Shown here: positions 48,822 through 58,074 of the stretch, piece by piece
How the letters are laid out: each line of letters starts with the position of its first letter
Position numbering within the stretch: position 1 is the first letter of the stretch
Assembly (NCBI GenBank): GCA_030645735.1
Contig: JAUSNP010000003.1
Location: 27,608 to 91,607, forward strand
Origin: Candidatus Moraniibacteriota bacterium
GTDB taxonomy: Bacteria > Patescibacteriota > Minisyncoccia > Moranbacterales > UBA2206
Direction of reading: 5' to 3'
DNA length: 64,000 bases
Made by a program: the position numbers and the translations under genes
Notes under the pieces: generated by a model
Told to the model about the DNA's origin: nothing
The model's input: only the letters and a program-made list of their open reading frames with translations
Databases searched by the model: none

Positions 48822-49241
48822 TTAATTTTGAAAATTCACTGCCATCCCAAACATGGCATTTAGAGCCGCCTCCACATTCTTTTTGGGAACAACGATTAGG
48901 CTACCCGATTCATCTTCACCGAGCACCCTAACAAATGCATTGACATGAACCTTGTGAGATTCACTTCCAACTATGGGTTGGTAGCCATAAAAGAATGTGC
49001 CATCAAACCCGCTGGAAGCTATCACCATAAGGCCTTGCATCCTGTTGCTTGCTACGACCATATCGCCTGGCTGGACAGGATCAAGAACCTTCTCAACTTT
49101 TTTCAGAGTCTTCTCGATTCTGTTGGTCGTTGAGATTTTTTCTGGAGACCGCTGAGAAATGTTCATCAAAAGTACTACCACGCAACTGGCCAAAAGCGCA
49201 GCGACAATCAATAAATTTCTCTTAACTTTTCGTTCGTTCAT
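48822..49241 (-). CDS. Hypothetical protein with N-terminal TM (orphan cassette)
   Basis: SD gaggag before MNERKV; LLIVAALLASCVVVLLM. Confidence 0.6.
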   Translation of the reverse strand: MNERKVKRNLLIVAALLASCVVVLLMNISQRSPEKISTTNRIEKTLKKVEKVLDPVQPGDMVVASNRMQGLMVIASSGFDGTFFYGYQPIVGSESHKVHVNAFVRVLGEDESGSLIVVPKKNVEAALNAMFGMAVNFQN

Positions 49242-49590
49242 GTCCCGCTCCTCTAAATTTGTAAAGAAGTTGTCTTTAATTTCACCACTCAGTGAAATCA
49301 GTGGTTTCATGTGCTAATCTGTGATTCTGACAATAATCTGCAGGCAAGTCCCAAGAGTTAGACCCTCGGGGAAGGAACAGTATCGAGGCACGACCCAGCC
49401 GAAACCAGAACGCCCATATCTTGATAAAAAGTTCCCAAAATTGATGACAAAAGATAGAAGTCACCAATTGCCTACAGCTTACTGCTAGCCATATAAAAAG
49501 GCATTGTTTCAGCCGAACTCATATGACTAAGTAGCTTAGCATAGCTTGGGTTTTTTGTCAAGTAATGCTAAGATGAGCCTAGAGCTCAAA

Positions 49591-49713
49591 AAGGCTAAGG
49601 CCTAAAGACCAAAGACTAAACAAAGCATTAAGACCAAAATAATAACCACTTAAACCTTTCTACTTTTTAAGCTTTAGACTTGTTTTAGTCTTTAGTAATT
49701 AGACTTTAGACTT
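49591..49713. repeat. Empty inverted AAGWCTA heptamer element upstream of ruvB
   Basis: aaggcta aggccta aagacca aagacta aaca ... tagactt gttt tagtctt tagtaat tagactt tagactt. Confidence 0.85.
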
Positions 49714-49720
49714 AAAATTT

Positions 49721-50770
49721 ATGCTAATAGATTCCTCCGAACAATTCAATACTCTTGATTCAGTCGTTGCTCCCAAAGAAAATCCAGATGATAGAAATCT
49801 GGACAATACTTTACGTCCACAAACTTTTGCTGAATACATTGGCCAAGACAAAGTCAAAAAGAATTTGGATTTTTTGATTCGCGCGGCCAAGAAACGTGAA
49901 GAACCGATTGAACATATTTTGCTCTATGGTCCAGCCGGTCTAGGCAAAACTACTTTGGCCAACATCATCGCCAAAGAAATGGGTGTCAACATCAAAACCA
50001 CTTCTGGCCCAGCCATTGAACGCGTCGGCGATTTTGGATCGATCCTCACCAACTTGCAGGATGGCGACATTCTGTTCATTGATGAAATTCATCGTCTAAA
50101 CAAATCCATTGAAGAAATTCTCTATCCAGCCATGGAAGATTTCAAATTGGACATCATCATCGGCAAAGGTCCGTCAGCTCGAACTATTCAATTGGATTTG
50201 CCAAGATTCACTTTGATTGGCGCCACCACCAAACTTGGCTCACTCACCAATCCCCTCAGAAATCGTTTCGGTGCCACCTATCGCTTGGAATTTTATAACC
50301 AGCAACATATTCAGGACATTGTGAAACGCTCCGGTAACATTTTGGGTGTGGACATTCATGAAACTGGTCTAGAAAAAATTGCCAGTTGCGCCAGACAAAC
50401 TCCGCGGGTTGCCAATCGTCTTTTGAAACGCGTGCGTGATTATGCGCAAATCAAAAATCACACACTCGTAGATGGTGTCGTGGCGCAAGAAGCCTTGGAG
50501 ATGATTGATATTGATCCAATTGGCTTGGAACCATCAGACCGCCACATTTTGCGCACCATCATTGAGAAATTCAATGGCGGACCAGTCGGGCTTGGCACCA
50601 TTGCGGCCGCCACCAGCGAAGAAATCAAAACCATTGAAGATGTTTATGAGCCCTATCTTTTGCAAATCGGTTTTATGACCCGCACACCGCGCGGTCGCGT
50701 CATCACCGAACACGCCTACAAACATTTGGGCATTCCCTATTCCAATAAAACTCAAAATGCTTTATTATAA
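49721..50770 (+). CDS. ruvB: Holliday junction helicase RuvB
   Basis: [42 protein letters not shown]. Confidence 0.98.
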   Translation: MLIDSSEQFNTLDSVVAPKENPDDRNLDNTLRPQTFAEYIGQDKVKKNLDFLIRAAKKREEPIEHILLYGPAGLGKTTLANIIAKEMGVNIKTTSGPAIERVGDFGSILTNLQDGDILFIDEIHRLNKSIEEILYPAMEDFKLDIIIGKGPSARTIQLDLPRFTLIGATTKLGSLTNPLRNRFGATYRLEFYNQQHIQDIVKRSGNILGVDIHETGLEKIASCARQTPRVANRLLKRVRDYAQIKNHTLVDGVVAQEALEMIDIDPIGLEPSDRHILRTIIEKFNGGPVGLGTIAAATSEEIKTIEDVYEPYLLQIGFMTRTPRGRVITEHAYKHLGIPYSNKTQNALL

Positions 50771-50796
50771 AATTACAATCTCTTAAAAAATAAAAA

Positions 50797-51021
50797 ATGA
50801 TTAATCTAGTTTTGTTGGCCTTGTATGGAATTATTATTTTAACCTTCTTAATTGTTTCTTTTTTTATCGTCTACCACTTAGTTACCTATTCCATAAATTC
50901 AGAGCTGAATTTCATCATGCTCTTTTTGTTTGTAGCCGTAACGGCTGGACTGCTTATTTCGAATTTAGCGCTTTTCTTTTCCATTGACTGGAATATGCTA
51001 ATTACAGACCTGCTACCCTAA
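50797..51021 (+). CDS. Small 2-TM membrane protein
   Basis: Two hydrophobic helices; operonic position. Confidence 0.65.
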   Translation: MINLVLLALYGIIILTFLIVSFFIVYHLVTYSINSELNFIMLFLFVAVTAGLLISNLALFFSIDWNMLITDLLP

Positions 51022-51040
51022 TTGTTACTAAAATAAATTT

Positions 51041-51643
51041 ATGAGCCTAGGTTCAAATATCCATTTCAAAGGTCAGCGCGATGATGAGACAATCATCAGC
51101 GTCGTTCGTCGCCATTGGTTCAATATCTTGCAACAACTTTTTCTAGTTTTCATCATGGTGGCTTTTGTTTTCGGCAGTCTGACCTACCTGCCTCTGCTTT
51201 TCCCCATCCTCAACACATCCTCAGCGCATGATTTGTTTATATTCCTAACCAACTCCTTTGCGCTAGTAACTTGGATAATGTTTTTCTTGATTTGGATTGA
51301 TTATTATTTTGATGTTTGGATTATCACGACACGCCGGATTGTGAATATCGAACAGAAAGGGCTTTTCATCCGCACTGTCAGTGAATTGGAATTTGATAAA
51401 ATCCAAGATATAACCACAGAAGTTAAAGGTATTATTCCAACCTTTCTCAATTTTGGTGATGTATTCGTACAAACCGCCGCCGAAAAAGACCGCTTCACTT
51501 TCAGACAAATTCCCAATCCTTATGCTGTCAAAGACCTCTTGATGAATCTTGAAGAAAAGGGCGAGAAATCCGAAGCCACACAAAGAGCTCAGGAAGGAGC
51601 TCAAGCACTGGGCAATGTTTTGAAAGATGAAAACTTGCACTAA
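51041..51643 (+). CDS. Membrane protein with bacterial PH domain
   Basis: RRHW, two TM helices, IITTRRIVNIEQKGLF, IQDI, FGDV.VQTA. Confidence 0.8.
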   Translation: MSLGSNIHFKGQRDDETIISVVRRHWFNILQQLFLVFIMVAFVFGSLTYLPLLFPILNTSSAHDLFIFLTNSFALVTWIMFFLIWIDYYFDVWIITTRRIVNIEQKGLFIRTVSELEFDKIQDITTEVKGIIPTFLNFGDVFVQTAAEKDRFTFRQIPNPYAVKDLLMNLEEKGEKSEATQRAQEGAQALGNVLKDENLH

Positions 51644-51688
51644 AAACATTTCTCACAATTTAGCTATCCAAGCAAATTTTATTTTAGG

Positions 51689-53671
51689 GTGAAAAATAAA
51701 AACAAAATCAGCTCACTGAAAAAATCGGTTGTAATACTTTTATTTTTCTCCTGCCTCCTGGCAGGTTTTTTTGTACTTGAAAACGATGCCATTGCCGAAG
51801 ACAAAACGATTATTATTAGCGCTGTGCAAACATCAGGACAAACTGCCAATGATGATTTCATAGAGCTATACAACAATACTTGTGCTGATATTGAACTGAC
51901 AAATTGGAAAATCAAACGCAGAACTGCCAGTGGTTCTGAATCAATCATTGGCTCACTAAAAAATACTATTCCTGGCAAAGGCTACTTTCTCTGGAAAAAT
52001 ATCAGCGCCAACTCAGTTGGCAATCCAGATTATGCTACAACTTCTTATTCACTTTCTGATAATTATAGCATTGCTCTTTTTGATTCAACCAACGCGCAAG
52101 TTGATGCATTGACTTGGGGCAACAATCTTTTGCCTTTTGCTGATACCCCATATTATCCTTTGAATTTGAAAGCCTTCGAAACTATTTTACGCAATCTTTC
52201 TGATGAAACCTCTATCCAACTAAATTATGCTCCCAAAAATTCCTCTGTACTCAAAACGGAAGAATTGTCATCTTGCACAATTGAAGATCCAGCACCAGAC
52301 CCAATCGACCCGTCTCCGGCAGAAATTTATTCTGACCAATTGCGCCTCAACGAAATCTTGCCCAATCCAAAAGATGATGAAACCACTGGTGAATTTATCG
52401 AGCTCTACAATGCGGAAGATTTTCCTATTGATTTGGAAAACTGGGGTCTGCAAGATTCTTCCGACACCCAATTTATTTTCCCGGCCGGCTATATTATTGG
52501 TGCTAATGATTATCTAACAATCTACCGTGACATATTTAGATTTGCGCTCAACAATTCTGGACAAGAAGATATTTATCTACTCAATCCCAATGGGGACACG
52601 GTGTCTGAAATAACTTATGAAAACGCCAAAGAAAATGTTTCCTTTAGTTTTGATGAAGCGGATTGGAAATGGACCAAATATTTGACCCCTGACAAAGCCA
52701 ATGAATTTGATGCTGTTTCTCAAATCAAAGCTGAGCATATCAAGGAAGGTTTTGTGGTTTTTCCAATCGAATTTTCACTCGATCCAGATTTTGCTGATTT
52801 TTCTAAAGTAGTTTGGAATTTTGGAGACACCAAAAAAAGTTATCTGAAAAATCCCAAACACACCTATCTCAAAAAGGGCAATTATACTGTAACTGTTTCC
52901 ACTTCTGGAGAAGCTGAAGACACCTCCGATTCATTTGTTTTGAAAATCAAAGATTATCCGCGAGAAAAAGTGGAGATAGTTGGACTCATCCCCAATCCAC
53001 TGGGGACAGACGCGGAGCAAGAATGGATTGAAATCAAAAACAATGAAAAAAATGTGGTGAATCTGAAAGGCTGGAAGCTGGCCACTGGCAAAAAAGTTCT
53101 CGTCAATCACCCAATCAAAGATGATTTTGAAATACAACCAGGCGAAACTGCCCAACTCACACGAGAGCAGGCCTTTTTCACCCTACACAACAAAGCTATG
53201 ATTTTGGAACTGCGCTATCCGGATGGCAAAACTGCTGACCGTGTTTCTTACTCCAAAGAAACTATTGGCGATGATGAGCTATATTCCAAAGAATCTGGTC
53301 GCTGGACTTGGATTTCAGCCGAGGGTGACGAGAGAGCTGCTGAAGATATTTCTGAACCAATCGAAGCCCCTGTGCAAACTGAACCTGAGTCTGAGCCAGT
53401 TCCAGAAGAAGCACTCATAGAAATCGTAGAAGCTGTTCTAGAAGAATCCCCAGAAAACATGGGCAAATTCTCAGTCTCCAATGAGTGGCAAGCCAAGAGA
53501 AAAAATTGGCTAAACTATTTGGCCTATGGGTTGCCAACAAATACTTCGCCGAAATTAGCCTCTGAAAACATCGCTCTGCAAGAAAAATCACAACCCGCAA
53601 CCTCAAATCAAAAAGTTTCCACCAAAAACATTTTCTTGCAAATAAACTCCTTTCTGAATAGTGTTTTGTAA
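51689..53671 (+). CDS. Secreted lamin-tail-domain / PKD-domain protein
   Basis: Signal peptide; three LTD-like repeats (FIELYN, NEILPNP..EFIELYN, PNP..EWIEI); WNFGD..P.HTY PKD motif. Confidence 0.82.
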   Translation: MKNKNKISSLKKSVVILLFFSCLLAGFFVLENDAIAEDKTIIISAVQTSGQTANDDFIELYNNTCADIELTNWKIKRRTASGSESIIGSLKNTIPGKGYFLWKNISANSVGNPDYATTSYSLSDNYSIALFDSTNAQVDALTWGNNLLPFADTPYYPLNLKAFETILRNLSDETSIQLNYAPKNSSVLKTEELSSCTIEDPAPDPIDPSPAEIYSDQLRLNEILPNPKDDETTGEFIELYNAEDFPIDLENWGLQDSSDTQFIFPAGYIIGANDYLTIYRDIFRFALNNSGQEDIYLLNPNGDTVSEITYENAKENVSFSFDEADWKWTKYLTPDKANEFDAVSQIKAEHIKEGFVVFPIEFSLDPDFADFSKVVWNFGDTKKSYLKNPKHTYLKKGNYTVTVSTSGEAEDTSDSFVLKIKDYPREKVEIVGLIPNPLGTDAEQEWIEIKNNEKNVVNLKGWKLATGKKVLVNHPIKDDFEIQPGETAQLTREQAFFTLHNKAMILELRYPDGKTADRVSYSKETIGDDELYSKESGRWTWISAEGDERAAEDISEPIEAPVQTEPESEPVPEEALIEIVEAVLEESPENMGKFSVSNEWQAKRKNWLNYLAYGLPTNTSPKLASENIALQEKSQPATSNQKVSTKNIFLQINSFLNSVL

Positions 53672-53687
53672 AAATAAAAAAAGCCGA

Positions 53688-53972
53688 TCAACCTGACCGG
53701 CTTGCGCTTCTTTTCACAGCGCAGGATATTCCCATACCAAGCACGCCTACTATGAACCACAATGTGACTAAGATTTTTATTGGGTGTATATCCAATAAAT
53801 AGGCCAGCTCCAATAGTGGCGCTGTTTTATACTTAGCCATTTCTTTCAAACCCGAACTAGCGACTGGCAAATATAAAATTTTCAAGCCATCACTCCAAAT
53901 AGAAGCAATGTAAAGCAGAATGCAAAACAAAACCATTGAGCTCATAAAAATCATTGTCCTTATCTTCCGCAT
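53688..53972 (-). CDS. Hypothetical 2-TM protein (orphan cassette)
   Basis: SD aaggag before MRKIRT; own promoter. Confidence 0.55.
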   Translation of the reverse strand: MRKIRTMIFMSSMVLFCILLYIASIWSDGLKILYLPVASSGLKEMAKYKTAPLLELAYLLDIHPIKILVTLWFIVGVLGMGISCAVKRSASRSG

Positions 53973-54132
53973 ACACCACTCCTTGCTATTGGGGTTTCTG
54001 CCTGCAAATAGTCTCCAAAGAACATTCATCATAGCTTATTGTTTTTTCTGTTAAAAGTCAACTGCCACTAAAATTTAAAAGCCCCGCACCTGTTTCAGGT
54101 TTGGGGCTTCTTATTCAAATTAACTCGCCTTG

Positions 54133-54462
54133 TTATTTTTGATTTGGTGGTTTTGATCCACGAACGAATGTATTCACCCATCTTGCCTCTTCTGCTTTTT
54201 TCTCCTCCGTCTTCTTAGGAATTTGCTTGCCAAGTTTCTTCTCTATAGTATTTTTTCTTTCTTCATACTTGCTAAGCAAATTCCTATTTTCTCTGTGATA
54301 ATACCTTGCAGAATCAGGCAATTGCATTGCAATGTCCAGCTCTTCCTTAATTGTTTTGATTTGCCGATCTACCCAAGCAAGCTCCTTTTCCATTTTCTTC
54401 CTGCGATATTCGCTACTAAAAATGGATTTGAAAAGATTTATAATTATTGGTATAAATTTCAT
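54133..54462 (-). CDS. Hypothetical coiled-coil protein
   Basis: SD ggaggag; ATGA overlap with the upstream ORF. Confidence 0.6.
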   Translation of the reverse strand: MKFIPIIINLFKSIFSSEYRRKKMEKELAWVDRQIKTIKEELDIAMQLPDSARYYHRENRNLLSKYEERKNTIEKKLGKQIPKKTEEKKAEEARWVNTFVRGSKPPNQK

Positions 54463-55002
54463 TTTTCCTCCTCCGCTTGTTTGAGAATTTCCGCGTACTC
54501 CGGATTTTGTTTGAGAAAATTATGTCTCCAAATCTCCCTATTTCTCTTTTCCAACCTAAATTGGAAAAAATAAAAACCAATTACACAAATAATTACAATC
54601 AACATTCCTAGAGGAAAGATATCACTGGAGGGCTTCTTTTTCATGATGAAATACCAGAAACAAAACCATCCGATCCAGCTTAGACTAGCCAATATTATAT
54701 TAGCAGAAAACATTAATGCTCTAAATTGGTCAACCTTGGCGTTCACAAAGTCATTTTTGGCATCCGTAGCTGATTTTTTTATGTCAGCCGTTTCTCTTGA
54801 GTCATTTATAACTACCCCCTAAGCAATAAAACCAGCCTACACAACAACATCCAACAATAAATAATGCCATCACATCAAATCCGCTTTGTACGGCACCTGT
54901 TTCCCCTAGCCAAATACTCTTGCAAACAACTGCAACTACAATTAACATTGCTGCGATTGGAAGTATATTTGTATACTTTCGATATTTTTCGAGTTTCGCC
55001 AT
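54459..55002 (-). pseudogene. Probable single 4-TM protein gene split by a frameshift in a G5 tract
   Basis: ORFs 54802-55002 and 54459-54746 join without a stop if one C is removed from ccccc at 54815-54819. Confidence 0.5.
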
Positions 55003-55185
55003 GACTATCACCTTTTTATGTTTTTAAACAACTTTCCGTTGAAACAACGATTGATGTTGACATATTATTAACAATTTATCAACATAATTGTATTTATATG
55101 TGGCTATTTTTGGCTTAAATTTGATATTTTATTATTTTTTTATCAAAAATATTGACAAATTCTGTCAGTGTGCTACGCTTTTTAT

Positions 55186-55929
55186 ATGGACAAAGATCTC
55201 ATAAAACTCTTAGAACAAACTGGCTTCACCCAAAAAGAAGCTGCAGTGTATTTGGCGCTTTTGGAGTTGAGCCAAGGCACGGTGACGGAAATCGCCAAGA
55301 TAACCAAATTGAAGCGTTCGATTATATATGTACTTCTGGAAGGATTAATCAAAAGAGGCTATGCCAGTGAATTGCCAGACAAAAAAATCAGCGTCTTTCA
55401 AGCCACTGATCCATCATTGATTTTGTTCCAACTCAAAGCCACGACCAAAAATTTTTCTGAAATGTTACCAATGTTTCGCACTTTGCACAACAAGGGCAAA
55501 CGACGACCTAAAATCACCTATCATGAAACTAAAGAGGGCATTTGGAAAGCTTATGAGTCTTTCAATCTAGCCCCGGAAGCTTTTTTCATTTCCTCCTATG
55601 AAAAAATTGAAAAACATTTTCCTGGCGCTATTGATGGATGGGTGCGTGATTATCACAAAAATCTCATTCCAGTCAAAGGCAAACATCTTGTTCCAAACAA
55701 TCCTTTTGAAATTGCGGTCGCCAAAAAACTTTCTGCCAATGGACAACAAGCGCGCTATCTCTCAGAAATACCAACTTTCAATATGGACTTTTCTCTATGT
55801 GAAAATAAACTAGCTATCACCTCTCTCGAAGATGAGCCATTTATTGTCGTTATCGAATCAGAAGAGTTGGTCAAGTCCATCCGCCCAATTTTTGAAATGG
55901 CGTGGAATAATGGCAAAGAAATCAAATAA
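55186..55929 (+). CDS. TrmB-family HTH transcriptional regulator (3)
   Basis: GFTQKEAAVYLALLEL...KRSIIYVLLEGLIKRG, PKITYHE.KEGI. Confidence 0.88.
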   Translation: MDKDLIKLLEQTGFTQKEAAVYLALLELSQGTVTEIAKITKLKRSIIYVLLEGLIKRGYASELPDKKISVFQATDPSLILFQLKATTKNFSEMLPMFRTLHNKGKRRPKITYHETKEGIWKAYESFNLAPEAFFISSYEKIEKHFPGAIDGWVRDYHKNLIPVKGKHLVPNNPFEIAVAKKLSANGQQARYLSEIPTFNMDFSLCENKLAITSLEDEPFIVVIESEELVKSIRPIFEMAWNNGKEIK

Positions 55930-56053
55930 TCTTGAACATAAGCTTTTCAAGTGTTATCATAAATTCACAGATAATGAACTAATTCAAACGAATTTAAGTG
56001 AACATATTAGCTTTAATTAGCTAAAAATTCGCGCTCTATTCGTGAGTATCTAT

Positions 56054-56776
56054 ATGTCAGGACATAATAAATGGTCGGGAATCAAGCACAGAAAGGCTGC
56101 TGTGGACTCAAAACGCGCTCAGAGCTTCACTAAGCATGCCAAATTGATCACGATCGCGGCGCGTGATGGAGGTGGGGATCCGATCACCAATTTTCAGTTG
56201 CGCCTAGCCATCGATCGGGCACGCTTGGACAATATGCCCAAGGACAACATTGATCGCGCAGTTAAGCGTGGGACAGGTGAACTCAAGGATGGCGCTGAGA
56301 TTGTGGAAATCATCTATGAAGGCGTGGGGCCAGGCAATGTCATGATGCTCATCAAAACCACTACTGACAATCGCAATCGAACTGTCAGTGAAGTCAAAAG
56401 CATCTTCACTAAAAATGGTGGCAAACTGGGTGAAATGGGCAGCGCAATGTGGAACTTCAAAAAAGTCGGCAGCATCGGTGTGTCCATAACTGAAGGTGCT
56501 GACCGAGATGCCTTGGAAGAACAAGCCATCGATGCTGGAGCAGATGACCTGCTTTTTGTGGATGACATTTTGGTGGTCTACACTGCGCCAGAAAATTTGA
56601 AAACTGTGCAAGAAAACTTGGAAAAAGCCGGCCTCAAAATCGAAGCGGCTGAAATGGCTTATCTCCCGCAGCAAACAGTCACCCTTTCCCCTGACCAACA
56701 AATCGACTACGAAAAACTTCTCGAAGTCTTGGATGAGCATGATGATGTTCAAGAAATTTTCGATAACATCGCATAA
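56054..56776 (+). CDS. yebC: YebC/PmpR family protein
   Basis: MSGHNKWSGIKHRK, NMPKDNIDRA, YEG.GP, TDNRNRT, DDVQ. Confidence 0.96.
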   Translation: MSGHNKWSGIKHRKAAVDSKRAQSFTKHAKLITIAARDGGGDPITNFQLRLAIDRARLDNMPKDNIDRAVKRGTGELKDGAEIVEIIYEGVGPGNVMMLIKTTTDNRNRTVSEVKSIFTKNGGKLGEMGSAMWNFKKVGSIGVSITEGADRDALEEQAIDAGADDLLFVDDILVVYTAPENLKTVQENLEKAGLKIEAAEMAYLPQQTVTLSPDQQIDYEKLLEVLDEHDDVQEIFDNIA

Positions 56777-56782
56777 TATAAA

Positions 56783-57292
56783 ATGACACAAACTAAACCT
56801 CAAACAATTCGTGTTCTCGGAATAGACCCAGGCACTGCAACTGTGGGCTGGGCAGTTATTGAGGAAAACAACGGGATTTTGCTTCCGGTGGCTTTTGGGC
56901 ATATTTCAACAGAGAAACATAATACCGAAGAACATCGATTGGCGGAGATTTCCAAGGATTTAATTAGCATCATAGAAAAGTTTCAACCCCAAGAAGCGGC
57001 TGTGGAGCAACTTTTCTTTTTCAAAAACCAAAAAACGATCATTTCGGTGGGGCAATCTAGAGGCGGAATTCTCTTGACACTCGAGCAAAAAGGTGTTAGG
57101 ATAGCTAACTATACGCCATTGCAAGTGAAGCAGTCTGTGACGGGCTATGGCAAGGCTGAGAAGAAACAAGTGCAACTTATGGTCAAAAATATTTTGAAGC
57201 TCCAAGCCGTGCCCAAACCGGACGACACGGCCGATGCTATTGCTTTGGCAATTTGTCACATCAATAGTCGCAAAATTTCCAGTCTCATCTAA
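56783..57292 (+). CDS. ruvC: Holliday junction resolvase RuvC
   Basis: LGIDPG, VEQLFF, VK.SVTGYGKAEKKQV, PDDTADA. Confidence 0.97.
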   Translation: MTQTKPQTIRVLGIDPGTATVGWAVIEENNGILLPVAFGHISTEKHNTEEHRLAEISKDLISIIEKFQPQEAAVEQLFFFKNQKTIISVGQSRGGILLTLEQKGVRIANYTPLQVKQSVTGYGKAEKKQVQLMVKNILKLQAVPKPDDTADAIALAICHINSRKISSLI

Positions 57293-57318
57293 TTTGTAAA
57301 TAATAAGTAGAAAACATT

Positions 57319-57975
57319 ATGGAATTAAACATTAGCCCAATAATTCATTTTTTTACTAACGAGGGCGTGCCAATCGAAACAATTATTTTACTTTTGATGT
57401 TACCAATCATCGCCACTTTCATCGCTTTCTTGCGACAAGTGGTTGGAATCAAGGCTTTCGGCATCTACACACCGCTTATTATAACCTTCGCTTTTTTGGC
57501 CACCAATGGCTTGCGCTATGGCGTAGCAATTTTTTTGGCGGTTATTTTTATCGGCATGCTTATGCGTTTTGTGATGAAGCCTTTTCGTTTGCTCTATCTG
57601 CCACGCGTAGCTATTATGCTCACCATTGTTTCCCTAACAATCTTAGTGATGCTAGTTTTAGGTGGCAATCAAAGACGCACGGGACTGGCATCAGTTTCTA
57701 TTTTTCCAATCTTGATTATGATTACACTCGTAGAAAAATTTGTAGCTGTGCAAATCGAGAAGGGCAACAAGACAGCTCTGATTTTGGCTTTTGAAACTTT
57801 GATCATTTCTATCTTCGGTTTCTACATCGCGAGTTGGAAACCACTTATTGAAATCCTGATTGGTTACCCATGGCTTATTCTATTGACTATTCCAATGAAT
57901 ATTGTAATCGGCAAATGGACAGGACTCCGCATCAGTGAATATTTCCGCTTCAGACACATAATCAAACAACTCTAA
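57319..57975 (+). CDS. 7TM domain protein (family usually fused to an inactive transglutaminase)
   Basis: LLMLPII..FLRQVVGIKAFGIYTP, LLYLPR, FPILIM..LVE, GKWTGLRISEYFRF. Confidence 0.85.
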   Translation: MELNISPIIHFFTNEGVPIETIILLLMLPIIATFIAFLRQVVGIKAFGIYTPLIITFAFLATNGLRYGVAIFLAVIFIGMLMRFVMKPFRLLYLPRVAIMLTIVSLTILVMLVLGGNQRRTGLASVSIFPILIMITLVEKFVAVQIEKGNKTALILAFETLIISIFGFYIASWKPLIEILIGYPWLILLTIPMNIVIGKWTGLRISEYFRFRHIIKQL

Positions 57976-58069
57976 TCGTGTAACGCAAAACGTGGATCGC
58001 AAAACGCACATCTCCATGACGCAAAGCAAAAAACTGCGTTATGCGATATGCGTTCTACGATTTGCGAAT
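57973..58069. repeat. Inverted heptamer array related to the tsaE insert
   Basis: gtaacgc aaaacgt ggatcgc aaaacgc ... tgcgtta tgcgata tgcgttc tacgatt. Confidence 0.75.
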
Positions 58070-58074
58070 ATTCT

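Noticed and set aside
42863-53703. Similar terminators aaaaaagccg...cctgaccggctt after two orphan genes
   Set aside because: Short similarity, compatible with ordinary terminator composition
377-55002. Integron cassette array for the orphan genes
   Set aside because: Genes are dispersed and have their own promoters; no attC-like repeats or IntI seen
56204-56902. 232-aa minus-strand ORF
   Set aside because: Antisense to well-supported yebC/ruvC; no recognisable motifs
12259-58069. CRISPR array interpretation of the short repeat arrays
   Set aside because: Units are 7-9 bp, tandem, without unique spacers; no cas genes
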